DNA of 64,000 nt, taken from positions 70,921 to 134,920 of the forward strand of contig DATJXE010000003.1 in NCBI GenBank assembly GCA_035500505.1, read 5' to 3'. The stretch is from Minisyncoccota bacterium (GTDB lineage: Bacteria; Patescibacteriota; Minisyncoccia; Phycocordibacterales; UBA2100). The notes under the pieces are model-generated. The model was given only the letters and a program-made list of their open reading frames with translations. It made no database searches and was not told where the DNA came from. Positions 9,812 to 18,471 of the stretch are shown here, in pieces; within the stretch, counting starts at the first letter, position 1, and each line of letters begins with the position of its first letter. The translations under genes and the position numbers were made by a program.

Positions 9812-10881
9812 GTCTTTTCGCTCTCTTCCTCGTGGTGCGCCAAGCGCCCGGTCTCAATGTCGCGCACGAGTTCCTGGATGGTCGCCGCGGCCGGTACCGA
9901 AAGGATGATGCCGAGGAACCCGGCGAGCTCGCCTCCGATGATGAGCGCGAGAATGACGAGCAAGGGCGGCACGCCGACAACGCGGGAGACGACGAGCGGA
10001 TAGATGAGCTGGCTCTCGAACTGCTGCGCGATGACATAGAGACCGACCGTGAGCAGCCCGAGCGTTGGGCCGCCGGAAACGAACGCGATCATGACCGCAG
10101 GGGCGGCGGCCATGATGGGCCCGAAAACGGGAATTATTTCGAAACATGCCGCGATAACGGCGAGGACGAGCGCGTTGGGCACGCCCAGAATGGTGAGTCC
10201 GAGGTAGACGAGGATGCCCATGATGACCGCGAGGAGAAGCTGGCCTTGCATCCAGAGCCCTATTTTGTGCTGCGACCGGCGCCAGAGGCCCTGCACGTAC
10301 CGTTGGTGCCGGTGCGGCGTCACGATCCGCAAAAAGTCGTCTACGCCGGTCTCGATGACCGCAAAGTAGAACGAGAACACGACGATGAGCACGAATGAGA
10401 ACACCCCGCCGAATATCGCGGTCGCCGCAGAAAGCGCGTTTCCGAAGAACGCGTCGAGGTTGAGCGCGCTCCTGATGCCGCTCAAGAGCGAGTCGGCCGA
10501 GAGCATCGTCGGTTGCGGAATTCCCAACAATTGGGCGTATTGGTCGAAAGCGCCGAAATGCGTGAACGTGTCGAAGTACCCCGGAAGAGCGACGAGGAAC
10601 GTGGCGAGGTCAGAGAGCAACGTCGGAACGAAAAAGTAGAAGAAGACGAATGCCGCTCCCGCGAAGCACAGGTAGACGAAGATAACGGCAATGACGCGCG
10701 GGACCCTTCGCTTCACGAGTCCGGTGACCCCCGGCTCGACCGCGGATGCGATGACGATGGCGGTGAGAACGATGAGAACGATGTCCCGTATGTCGAAGAG
10801 AAGCCATGCGAGCGCGAGAACGACGAGCGTTTTGACGACCGTTCCGGAGGTGATGGAGATGTTGACGTGGCGGTCTTCCAT
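9808..10881 (-). CDS. AI-2E family (PerM/UPF0118) membrane transporter
   Basis: Multi-TM protein with AI-2E family architecture; start set at internal Met to avoid overlap with glyQS. Confidence 0.7.
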   Translation of the reverse strand: MEDRHVNISITSGTVVKTLVVLALAWLLFDIRDIVLIVLTAIVIASAVEPGVTGLVKRRVPRVIAVIFVYLCFAGAAFVFFYFFVPTLLSDLATFLVALPGYFDTFTHFGAFDQYAQLLGIPQPTMLSADSLLSGIRSALNLDAFFGNALSAATAIFGGVFSFVLIVVFSFYFAVIETGVDDFLRIVTPHRHQRYVQGLWRRSQHKIGLWMQGQLLLAVIMGILVYLGLTILGVPNALVLAVIAACFEIIPVFGPIMAAAPAVMIAFVSGGPTLGLLTVGLYVIAQQFESQLIYPLVVSRVVGVPPLLVILALIIGGELAGFLGIILSVPAAATIQELVRDIETGRLAHHEEESEKT

Positions 10882-10915
10882 GGCTGCATCGTAGCACAAC
10901 GCTACCTTCTGACCA

Positions 10916-12124
10916 TCAGCCGAGGCGCGAGGAAAGTTCCGAAATGGCCACTCGCTCTTGCTCACCGGAGTCGCGGTCGCGGATGGTGACGGTGTCGTTC
11001 TCGAGCGTCTGAAAATCTATCGTGATGCACGAGGGGGTGCCGATCTCGTCCTGCCTGCGGTAGCGCTTGCCGATGTTGCCGTTGTCGTCCCACATGATGC
11101 GCGGCTCCGTTTTCTTGAGTGCGGCGTACACCTCGCGGGCTTTTTTGACGAGTTCCGGCTTGTTCTTGAGGAGCGGAAAAACAGCAGCTTTGATGGGCGC
11201 GACCTCCTTGTTGAATTTCAGATAGGTCCGGGGTTCGCCGCCGAGCTCGTCCTCCGTATACGCGGACGCGAGTATCGCAAGCACGGTGCGGTCGACCCCG
11301 AACGAGGGTTCGATGACGTGCGGAACGAACCGTTCGCCCGATCCTTCGTCGAGGTACGAAAGGTCCTGCCCCGATGCCTGCGCGTGCGCCGAAAGATCAA
11401 AATCGCCCCGGTATGCGAGGCCGGAAAGTTCTTTGCGACCGAACGGAAAGTCAAATTCGAAATCGATGGTCCGTTTCGAGTAATGTGCGCGGTCTTTGTC
11501 CGGCACGTCGAGTTCGTGAATGAGGTCCGGAGCGATACCGACACGCTCGAAGAAGCCCCACGTCTCTTTGCGCCAAAGTTCGAAGGCCGTCTCCCACTCT
11601 TCCGGTCGCACGAAGTATTCGACCTCCATTTGCTCCATCTCCCGAACGCGAAAAATAAAATCCCGTGGAGATATCTCGTTCCTGAACGCCTTGCCGATCT
11701 GCGCGATGCCAAAGGGAAGCTTCGGGTGGAACGCGTCGACGGTATTCTTGAAATTGAGGAAAATGCCCCCCGCGGTTTCCGGCCGCAAGTACGCCTCAGT
11801 CGCTTCCTCGGCCGCTCCCACGCTCGTTTTGAACATCGTATTGAACAGTTTGCCGGTCGCGAGCGGGTCGGCGAAACCGGCTACGTGCCCGCTCGCTTTC
11901 CACGCTTCAGGGTTCAGAATAATCGCGGAATCGAGGCCACAGACGTCCTCGCGGCCGTGAACGAACATCCGCCACCAAAGCTGTTTGACATTATTTTTCA
12001 GCTCGACGCCCAAGGCCCCGTAATCCCAAAAGCCGGCGAATCCCCCGTAGATCTCCGACCCCGGAAAAATGAAACCTCGCCGTTTCGCGAGGGATACTAT
12101 TTTTTCCATCAATTCATCGGCCAT
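10916..12124 (-). CDS. glyQS: Glycyl-tRNA synthetase, alpha2 dimeric type, compact
   Basis: Class II motifs; N-terminus FPGSEIYGGFAGFWDYG; TACACT box 7 nt upstream of ATG. Confidence 0.9.
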   Translation of the reverse strand: MADELMEKIVSLAKRRGFIFPGSEIYGGFAGFWDYGALGVELKNNVKQLWWRMFVHGREDVCGLDSAIILNPEAWKASGHVAGFADPLATGKLFNTMFKTSVGAAEEATEAYLRPETAGGIFLNFKNTVDAFHPKLPFGIAQIGKAFRNEISPRDFIFRVREMEQMEVEYFVRPEEWETAFELWRKETWGFFERVGIAPDLIHELDVPDKDRAHYSKRTIDFEFDFPFGRKELSGLAYRGDFDLSAHAQASGQDLSYLDEGSGERFVPHVIEPSFGVDRTVLAILASAYTEDELGGEPRTYLKFNKEVAPIKAAVFPLLKNKPELVKKAREVYAALKKTEPRIMWDDNGNIGKRYRRQDEIGTPSCITIDFQTLENDTVTIRDRDSGEQERVAISELSSRLG

Positions 12125-12145
12125 GTGAAGAGTGTAGCTTAAAAG

Positions 12146-14173
12146 CTACTGCGCGACCACGGTCGCGTTGGCAGCAGAAAAGCCCGGATCGGCGCCGACG
12201 ACCATGCCCGGAGAAGACTGCGCGACTTGCGCGAGATTCGTCGTAACATCCTTGACCGAAACACTTATCTTCGCGCTGGAGCTCGCGTTGGGGTCCGTCG
12301 GCGCGAGCGTCGCCGCTTCGGACTGATCGATACCCTGCAGCGTGATGCCCTGCAAGAGCGGCGGCTGCGAGCCTATCTGCGAGGTCGACGGCGTGAAGCC
12401 TATGGCGATAGCCGCCTGCCGCGGCTGGTTGCCGTCAACACCGACGTCCGGCTTGATGGTCCCGAGATCCCAGGTGAGCGTGCCGTCGTTGGGGTTCACG
12501 GAAATGTTCTCGCTGGGCGGTGAGTAGTTGCCGAGCCAGCGCACGTAGGGCGGCAGGTGCGCCGTGAGGGTCGCGTTGTCTATTTCATTGGTCGTGTTGG
12601 TGACGGTGAAGAGGAGCGCGTAGGTCGTCTCCGTTCCCGCTTTCGGCGGGATGGGGCCGGTCGAACCGAACGGGCTCGCATAGTAGAGGCCCTGCGCGGC
12701 AAGCTCGAGATCGCTCGTGATGCCTATCGTCTGCGAGATGGCGGCCTGCAAACTCTGCGGCACTCCCGACTGGTCGGTGCGCTGCCCTGCCGCGCTCAGA
12801 GAAATGACGATGTTGGGGTTGGTCGCGTTCTGAAGCATCGCGGAGGTGGGTGCGGTAAAGGAGAATTTGAGCGTGCCCGAGCCGCCGGGCGGAATGGAGG
12901 AAAGAACGCCGTCTGTCGTCGTCTTATCCCAATACATTGAGCCGTCGCTGGAGCGGTAGAAGCCGTTGGTGGAAATGACCGTGGCGCCGTTTATCTGCGC
13001 GCCGGTGAGCTTCGCGACGATGACCGCGTTCTGTATCGCGGTCGGCAGATTGTTGACGTAGCTGATGGAGACGGAGACGCTCTCGCCGGGCGAAACGGTC
13101 GTCGTCGATGACGCACCGTTGACCGAAACGCCCAAGCCAAGGAACGAATTGGAAATGTTCATCGCGTACGATTCGCTCGAAAGCGGCGTCGTGACCGTCG
13201 TGGAGCTTGCGGCCTGCCCCGTTCCGGCGACTATCTGGAAAGTGCGCTCGTCGCCCGGACTTCCACTCAATACCCCGTCGACCGTGACCGATCGCACCTG
13301 TCCCGGATTGAGGTCGCCCAAGTTCCACAATCCCGGCGCGCTCGAAGGCGGCGCAGCCGAGGTGAGCTTGAAGCCGAACGGGTAGGTTATGGAGAGAAGC
13401 GCGCCTTTGACGGGTTCGGTCGCGTTCGAGGACACGTTGACCGTGAATTCGACCGGCTGTCCCGAAACCGTCTCAGAATTCCCGGAAACCGCGATGGAAA
13501 GCGGCGACGAGCCGAAGGTTATCCCGTAATCGCTCGAAGCGACGAAGATCGAGTTCGAGCCGGAGAGGTGGTACTCAAGTTCGAATTTCACGTCCGCCTG
13601 CTGTCCGGCAATTCCCGAGAAGACGGCCGGTATCTCTCCCTGCACGCTCTGTCCGGGAGCGATGGTGCCCAAGTCCTGCCGCAGATTCGGTTCGTCGGTT
13701 GAGAGGTCGGCGGCCGAGCGCGTGCCCGACGGGAACGTCACGACCAGGCTCGAAAGCTCGAGCGGCGCCGCGTTGCGGTTCGTGACGACGACCTGCAGTT
13801 CGGTGATGCCGCCGCTTTGCACTTCCGGAGGCCCGGAGACCGCGATGTCGATATTGGAGGGCGATGCGGCGAGAGCGCCACCGCCGAGAGTGAAGTAATA
13901 GATGAAAAATGCGACGGCACACACGAAAAACAGGATGGCGGCGGCGAGCACCCACCACAGTGCGGAGCGGGCGAACCCTATGGTGCGCGGCGCGACGATC
14001 GTTGGTGAAAGCGGCTCTTCCTCATGCACGAAATCGTCGCCCACGATGGATCGCGGTTCCTGCAACGTCCGGCGCTCGCGTGCTTTTAGTTTTTCAGAAA
14101 GCGTCCGCGAGTACATCGCCTGCCGCAGGCGGTCGATCTTTTCCTCATCTTCCGAGGAACCGGGAGGGGGCAT
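12146..14173 (-). CDS. Large surface protein: N-terminal cytoplasmic segment, one TM helix, Ser/Thr/Gly-rich beta-repeat ectodomain
   Basis: 675 aa; hydrophobic helix near residue 85; repetitive T/S/G-rich domains. Confidence 0.6.
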   Translation of the reverse strand: MPPPGSSEDEEKIDRLRQAMYSRTLSEKLKARERRTLQEPRSIVGDDFVHEEEPLSPTIVAPRTIGFARSALWWVLAAAILFFVCAVAFFIYYFTLGGGALAASPSNIDIAVSGPPEVQSGGITELQVVVTNRNAAPLELSSLVVTFPSGTRSAADLSTDEPNLRQDLGTIAPGQSVQGEIPAVFSGIAGQQADVKFELEYHLSGSNSIFVASSDYGITFGSSPLSIAVSGNSETVSGQPVEFTVNVSSNATEPVKGALLSITYPFGFKLTSAAPPSSAPGLWNLGDLNPGQVRSVTVDGVLSGSPGDERTFQIVAGTGQAASSTTVTTPLSSESYAMNISNSFLGLGVSVNGASSTTTVSPGESVSVSISYVNNLPTAIQNAVIVAKLTGAQINGATVISTNGFYRSSDGSMYWDKTTTDGVLSSIPPGGSGTLKFSFTAPTSAMLQNATNPNIVISLSAAGQRTDQSGVPQSLQAAISQTIGITSDLELAAQGLYYASPFGSTGPIPPKAGTETTYALLFTVTNTTNEIDNATLTAHLPPYVRWLGNYSPPSENISVNPNDGTLTWDLGTIKPDVGVDGNQPRQAAIAIGFTPSTSQIGSQPPLLQGITLQGIDQSEAATLAPTDPNASSSAKISVSVKDVTTNLAQVAQSSPGMVVGADPGFSAANATVVAQ

Positions 14174-14185
14174 TCCAAAAGTATA

Positions 14186-15982
14186 TCACCGCCCTTTCCC
14201 CTTTGATTTCCGTACGTAGAGAAGCTCTTCGGGCAAACGGAAGAGTCCTTCGTCGTTCTTTTTCTGCTCCATGAAGTGCGCGATGAAGCCGACCGAGCGC
14301 GGGATGACGAAAAGCGCGTTGAAAAATTCGCATGCGGCAAGCTCGCGCAACTCTTCCGGAGAAAGTTTCTCGCACTCGGCGAGGATGTCGAGCGCAAGCG
14401 CGGCGATGACGCCGTCGACGTTGAGGATCAGATTGCCGCTTTTCTTGGTGGTTACCGCCTCTATCTCACGTGCGAAATCATAATGCGGATGCTCCTTGAG
14501 GAGTCCTGCGAACTGCGAAATGGCCGCGACGCGCGGGTCGGGGATGCCGACGCGATACTTGCGGTGCCCGATGCCCGCGAGCAACTTCCCGCCCTTGGTG
14601 CGCGCTTCGACGAAGTGTGTCGCAGCATCATCTTGTACGACGCCGGAGAGCCACTGTTCGGCGGCTGCATTGACCGCGCCGCCGAAACGAGGGCCGATCG
14701 TGAGGAGCCCGGCGGAGAGCGAAGAAACGAGATCTTTGCCCGCGCGCGCCGAGATCATCGTGTTGACCGCGCCGGAGACTTCGCCGCCATGGTCGATAAG
14801 CAATTGCAGAACGGCTTCGGCGAATGCGGCCGTTACGTCGGATCGCAACTTCTTGTCGAGCAAAGCCTCGAAGGCTGCTGCCGCGAAACCGCGCTTCTGC
14901 GGGATCAGTTTCTTGTTTTTGACGAACGTCGGCACCGCGTCAAGGTCCACGACCTCGCGTGTCGAAAGGACACTCGGGCGGCGGTTCTTCATCGAGTCCA
15001 TTGTCAAAACGGTAGCATGAAATGTCTCCCCCGGCAGCTTTTTGAGCTCCGCAAGGAATTCAGGGAATGTATCCGGCGCGATCGCGCCAGCCTTGCGGAG
15101 TGCGTCCCGTTTCGCTCGTGCGCTTTCGTCCTGGCGCGCAACGAGTGCTTTCGCGTGCCCGAACTGCATGTGCTCGTCGAACGCCTCATCGATTATGCCG
15201 GCGATATAGGCCACGACCGGTTTCGTGAGCTTCTTTTTTTCGAGCAGCCCCACGATCTCGTACTCATCAACGCCGCCAAGTTCCCCAAAATACACGACCG
15301 CGTTCGTTTTCGGGTCATGCTGCGCAAGCAGCAAGACGTCGGTGAGTGACGTGATCGGAAAACGGTCGCCGCCGATGCACATTGCGAACGAAAGATCCTT
15401 CCGCGCGCCCGCGACCGCGCGGATAAGCTCGTTGGTCATGCCGCCCGACGTCGAGACGACGGCGACGGAACCTTCAGTCGTGAGGTTGCCCGCTTCGATC
15501 TGGGCGATGTCGGTACCGCCGATCGCACCCAGCTTGAGGTGTCCAGCAACGAGCAATCCCACACCCGAGGGCCCTGCAATGAGTTTGTCGTTACCGAATC
15601 GGCGAAGAAGCTCGGTCGCATGTCGTTCGGGAATGTTTTCTGCGAACAGATGTCCGCCGAGCGCATTCGGGAACCTTTCGAAGAAGGCGATGCTCGAATC
15701 GAACGCGCGCCTGCCCGATCGCACGTTCAGCATCCAAGAGATCCTGCCATGAAAAGACCGAGGAATAGGGCCAATATCCGGGAAGCATGGAAGAAGCAGC
15801 TCGGACGGTCCGAAAAAGAATTTCTGCGCCTTACGGGCGCCGCCCACTATCGCAACGACCGATGGTCCTTTTTTGCCGCTCAGAAAATCGAAATCGAGTA
15901 TGGATTGCACGATGCCGGGATGGTTGCCGACCACGAGAATTCCCGTCGTCCCTTTTCGGACTAATTCGAGGACATTTTTCAT
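14186..15982 (-). CDS. aclA: ATP-citrate lyase large subunit-like (CoA-binding / CoA-ligase domains fused to citrate-synthase-like domain)
   Basis: SucD-like N-terminus with phosphohistidine loop QFGHAKA; C-terminal citrate-synthase motif IGHRKYRVGIPDPR. Confidence 0.7.
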   Translation of the reverse strand: MKNVLELVRKGTTGILVVGNHPGIVQSILDFDFLSGKKGPSVVAIVGGARKAQKFFFGPSELLLPCFPDIGPIPRSFHGRISWMLNVRSGRRAFDSSIAFFERFPNALGGHLFAENIPERHATELLRRFGNDKLIAGPSGVGLLVAGHLKLGAIGGTDIAQIEAGNLTTEGSVAVVSTSGGMTNELIRAVAGARKDLSFAMCIGGDRFPITSLTDVLLLAQHDPKTNAVVYFGELGGVDEYEIVGLLEKKKLTKPVVAYIAGIIDEAFDEHMQFGHAKALVARQDESARAKRDALRKAGAIAPDTFPEFLAELKKLPGETFHATVLTMDSMKNRRPSVLSTREVVDLDAVPTFVKNKKLIPQKRGFAAAAFEALLDKKLRSDVTAAFAEAVLQLLIDHGGEVSGAVNTMISARAGKDLVSSLSAGLLTIGPRFGGAVNAAAEQWLSGVVQDDAATHFVEARTKGGKLLAGIGHRKYRVGIPDPRVAAISQFAGLLKEHPHYDFAREIEAVTTKKSGNLILNVDGVIAALALDILAECEKLSPEELRELAACEFFNALFVIPRSVGFIAHFMEQKKNDEGLFRLPEELLYVRKSKGKGR

Positions 15983-17136
15983 ACGCCAGTGAAAGCGATC
16001 GCGTCTTCGACCGCTTTCGTAATGACGGTTTCCGAACCGTGGATGGAACCGAACAATTTCTCGCGCTCCAAAAACTCCTGCATAAGTTCCAGTCCCGCTT
16101 TTTCGTTCGGTCCGCCGCGCCGCACGAACACTTTTATTTTTTGTGCGCGAAGTTTCGGTGCGTATTCAGAAAGCGCGTCGATGATGCCGGTGAATGTTTT
16201 TTTCACGTCGGTGAAATTGGCGACGCCCCCGGCGATGACCAGCGCTTTCTTTTTCGCCTTGGATGCGAGCATGAGCTCGATGACCTCTTTCGCATAGAGA
16301 TAGGTCTCTTCGCGCGACGGTCCGCCACTGTATTCGCCATAGTTCCCTATGAACTTCCCCGCCCCTTCGAGCGCGGCTTCGTCGGCTATCACGATAGAAC
16401 CCCCGCCGCCGGAAAGTAAGAAGAAGAGCGCACCATTTTTATTGACGACGGAAAGCTTGAGCGACGCGGGCGTCGTTTTGGCGATCGCTTCGACGCGCGC
16501 TTCGGCCGGATGTTCCGAACCGGTCGTTACGATATCGTCTTCGCCCCACGAGTCGGTAAAGAAAGCTCCAGCGCTGTCGACAAGACACGCTGCGTCCAAC
16601 AGATACGTTTTACCCTTCTGAATAACGAGTGGATTTATCTCAAGGAACGCGAAAAAGTTCTTGTTGAACGTTCCGACGAGATGCTGCAAAAATCCCTCCG
16701 AGATTTTTGCAGCGTTCGCCACTTTCTTCACATCCGCATCAGTTGCAACAATGTACGTTTTCACCTTCTCCGGGTGCGCCTCGATGTCGATCCCGCCCTC
16801 GCCCGCGTGCAGTATCCGTATCCCTTCGCGCACGCGCTCGAGCGAAAGGTATTGTTCTTCGCTTGCTTCGTGCGGCACGAGTGGCTCGAGCAAGAATTGT
16901 GAGAAGCCTTTTTTCTTCCACTCCGCTATCTTTTTCAATGCCTGCGAGGGCGTTACGCCGACCGCAACAAGTCCTTGTTTAAAGCGCTTTTTTATACCTT
17001 GGTCGACCTTGACGACGAGAGTCCCCTTCGAAGCTTTAGCGGAGTAGGACTGCCCCGCATGAACAAAAATTCCTTTATATGCATCTCCAAGCAATATCTT
17101 TTTCGCGCGATACTCGCTGATCTTTACGCGAGCCAT
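15979..17136 (-). CDS. aclB: ATP-citrate lyase small subunit-like (SucC-like ATP-grasp)
   Basis: ISEYRAKKIL N-terminus, ATP-grasp fold; 4-nt overlap with aclA. Confidence 0.65.
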   Translation of the reverse strand: MARVKISEYRAKKILLGDAYKGIFVHAGQSYSAKASKGTLVVKVDQGIKKRFKQGLVAVGVTPSQALKKIAEWKKKGFSQFLLEPLVPHEASEEQYLSLERVREGIRILHAGEGGIDIEAHPEKVKTYIVATDADVKKVANAAKISEGFLQHLVGTFNKNFFAFLEINPLVIQKGKTYLLDAACLVDSAGAFFTDSWGEDDIVTTGSEHPAEARVEAIAKTTPASLKLSVVNKNGALFFLLSGGGGSIVIADEAALEGAGKFIGNYGEYSGGPSREETYLYAKEVIELMLASKAKKKALVIAGGVANFTDVKKTFTGIIDALSEYAPKLRAQKIKVFVRRGGPNEKAGLELMQEFLEREKLFGSIHGSETVITKAVEDAIAFTGV

Positions 17137-17137
17137 A

Positions 17138-17572
17138 TTAGAACTGCAATCTGAACACCTGCGTGTCTCGCTTCTTGAAGCCTACTTTTTCGTACAAATG
17201 TTGCGCCGCGATACGATCATTACCGCTCGTAAGATACAATTGGCTTGCTCCCGCCTGTTTCGCCTCTTGTATAGCTATCTCCATCATTTTCTGTCCAAGT
17301 TTCTGGCCTCTATATCCTTCATCGACTACGACATCCTCGACAAATCCGGTCCGCTTTCCAAATTTGGTCGCCAGATATACCGTGCACATCCCTATTACCT
17401 TTCCATCGTCCTTCGCGACAACGAATATGACATTTTTGTTTTCTAAAATCGCATCAAGGTCAGTCTGTGTTCCGAGCGGTTCGCCTGGATCGCGTCGAAG
17501 CTGCGGGAGAAGCTTATTGATCTCCTGGAGCGCGTTTTTCGAAGCAGTCGTCATCCTCTCCGTAACAATCAT
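17138..17572 (-). CDS. GNAT family N-acetyltransferase
   Basis: 144 aa with acetyl-CoA binding motif RGQKLGQKMM. Confidence 0.7.
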   Translation of the reverse strand: MIVTERMTTASKNALQEINKLLPQLRRDPGEPLGTQTDLDAILENKNVIFVVAKDDGKVIGMCTVYLATKFGKRTGFVEDVVVDEGYRGQKLGQKMMEIAIQEAKQAGASQLYLTSGNDRIAAQHLYEKVGFKKRDTQVFRLQF

Positions 17573-17675
17573 TGCAAAAGCCTATACCTACGGCCGCATC
17601 TCCGCAATACCGAAATAAAAATAGGGGGCCGCCGAGAAGCGACCCCCCCCCTAATCCGCGCTCGCCGGCGCAAGA

Positions 17676-17822
17676 TCACTGTTTTTTCTTGGCCTTCTTT
17701 TTCTTCTTCGCCGCCCTTGCTTGGCGCTTGTCACCCTCTTCGGAATGACGCTTGGTCATCCCCTCGCCCGCCGCGCGGACGATATCGAGATCGCCCGACG
17801 TAGAATGTTCTTTTCTATCCAT
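17676..17822 (-). CDS. Candidate 48-aa Lys-rich basic small protein, not in ORF track
   Basis: ATG preceded by GGAGA with 8-nt spacing; translates MDRKEHSTSGDLDIVRAAGEGMTKRHSEEGDKRQARAAKKKKKAKKKQ; weak GC hairpin plus T-run downstream. Confidence 0.35.
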   Translation of the reverse strand: MDRKEHSTSGDLDIVRAAGEGMTKRHSEEGDKRQARAAKKKKKAKKKQ

Positions 17823-17896
17823 CGCTATTCTCCTTCACCTCGTCTGGAAGGACCTCACGGTACACCCGTGCGGGGTTTAGTGTCAATCGCCAGTAC

Positions 17897-18469
17897 TCAA
17901 AGTTGTGTCTCCGCAATCGCTTTGTTGATGGAGGTAAGAAGCTTGTCTTTCATGGTCTCCGCTTCGAGAAGCGACTCGCCGGTGTAGGCGGTGTGGGTGA
18001 AAAGTGCAGTGGAGAGGGCTTCGCTTGAGATGTAGCCGAGAGCGAAGAGAACGCGTGCGACGCAGACTATCTCTATTGTTGCCCATGCGTCACATCGCTC
18101 TTGCATGAGTGCATCATGCGCCTCCGCAAGCGCCGCAAAAAGATATTCGTTGCGCTCTTCCCCGTGCACGAGGCGAAGCACCAATTCCGAAATTCGCGCG
18201 AACGTTGAGACGCCGCGCAGGTCTCCGGAAGCCGATTTGACGGCAGTCGCGCCAGCCACTCGCCACCCGCGTTTCCCCCTCACGAGCGACACGTGCGCAC
18301 GCGAGGATCTCTGGAGCGCGTAGCGCATCTTGGACTTCTCATTCCGCACGGCCGAAGCCCTCGCCCGGACCAATCCGAAATCGCGCGTGTAGAGCGCGAA
18401 TACTTTGTCCGCTTCACCATGCTCGCGACTCCCCAAAACCAGCGCCTCGGTGTGGTACTTCTGGTACAT
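17897..18469 (-). CDS. recO: DNA repair protein RecO, short form (190 aa)
   Basis: N-terminal OB-fold HTEALVLGSREHGEADKVFALYTRDFG typical of RecO; C-terminal zinc-binding region absent. Confidence 0.65.
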   Translation of the reverse strand: MYQKYHTEALVLGSREHGEADKVFALYTRDFGLVRARASAVRNEKSKMRYALQRSSRAHVSLVRGKRGWRVAGATAVKSASGDLRGVSTFARISELVLRLVHGEERNEYLFAALAEAHDALMQERCDAWATIEIVCVARVLFALGYISSEALSTALFTHTAYTGESLLEAETMKDKLLTSINKAIAETQL

Positions 18470-18471
18470 GC

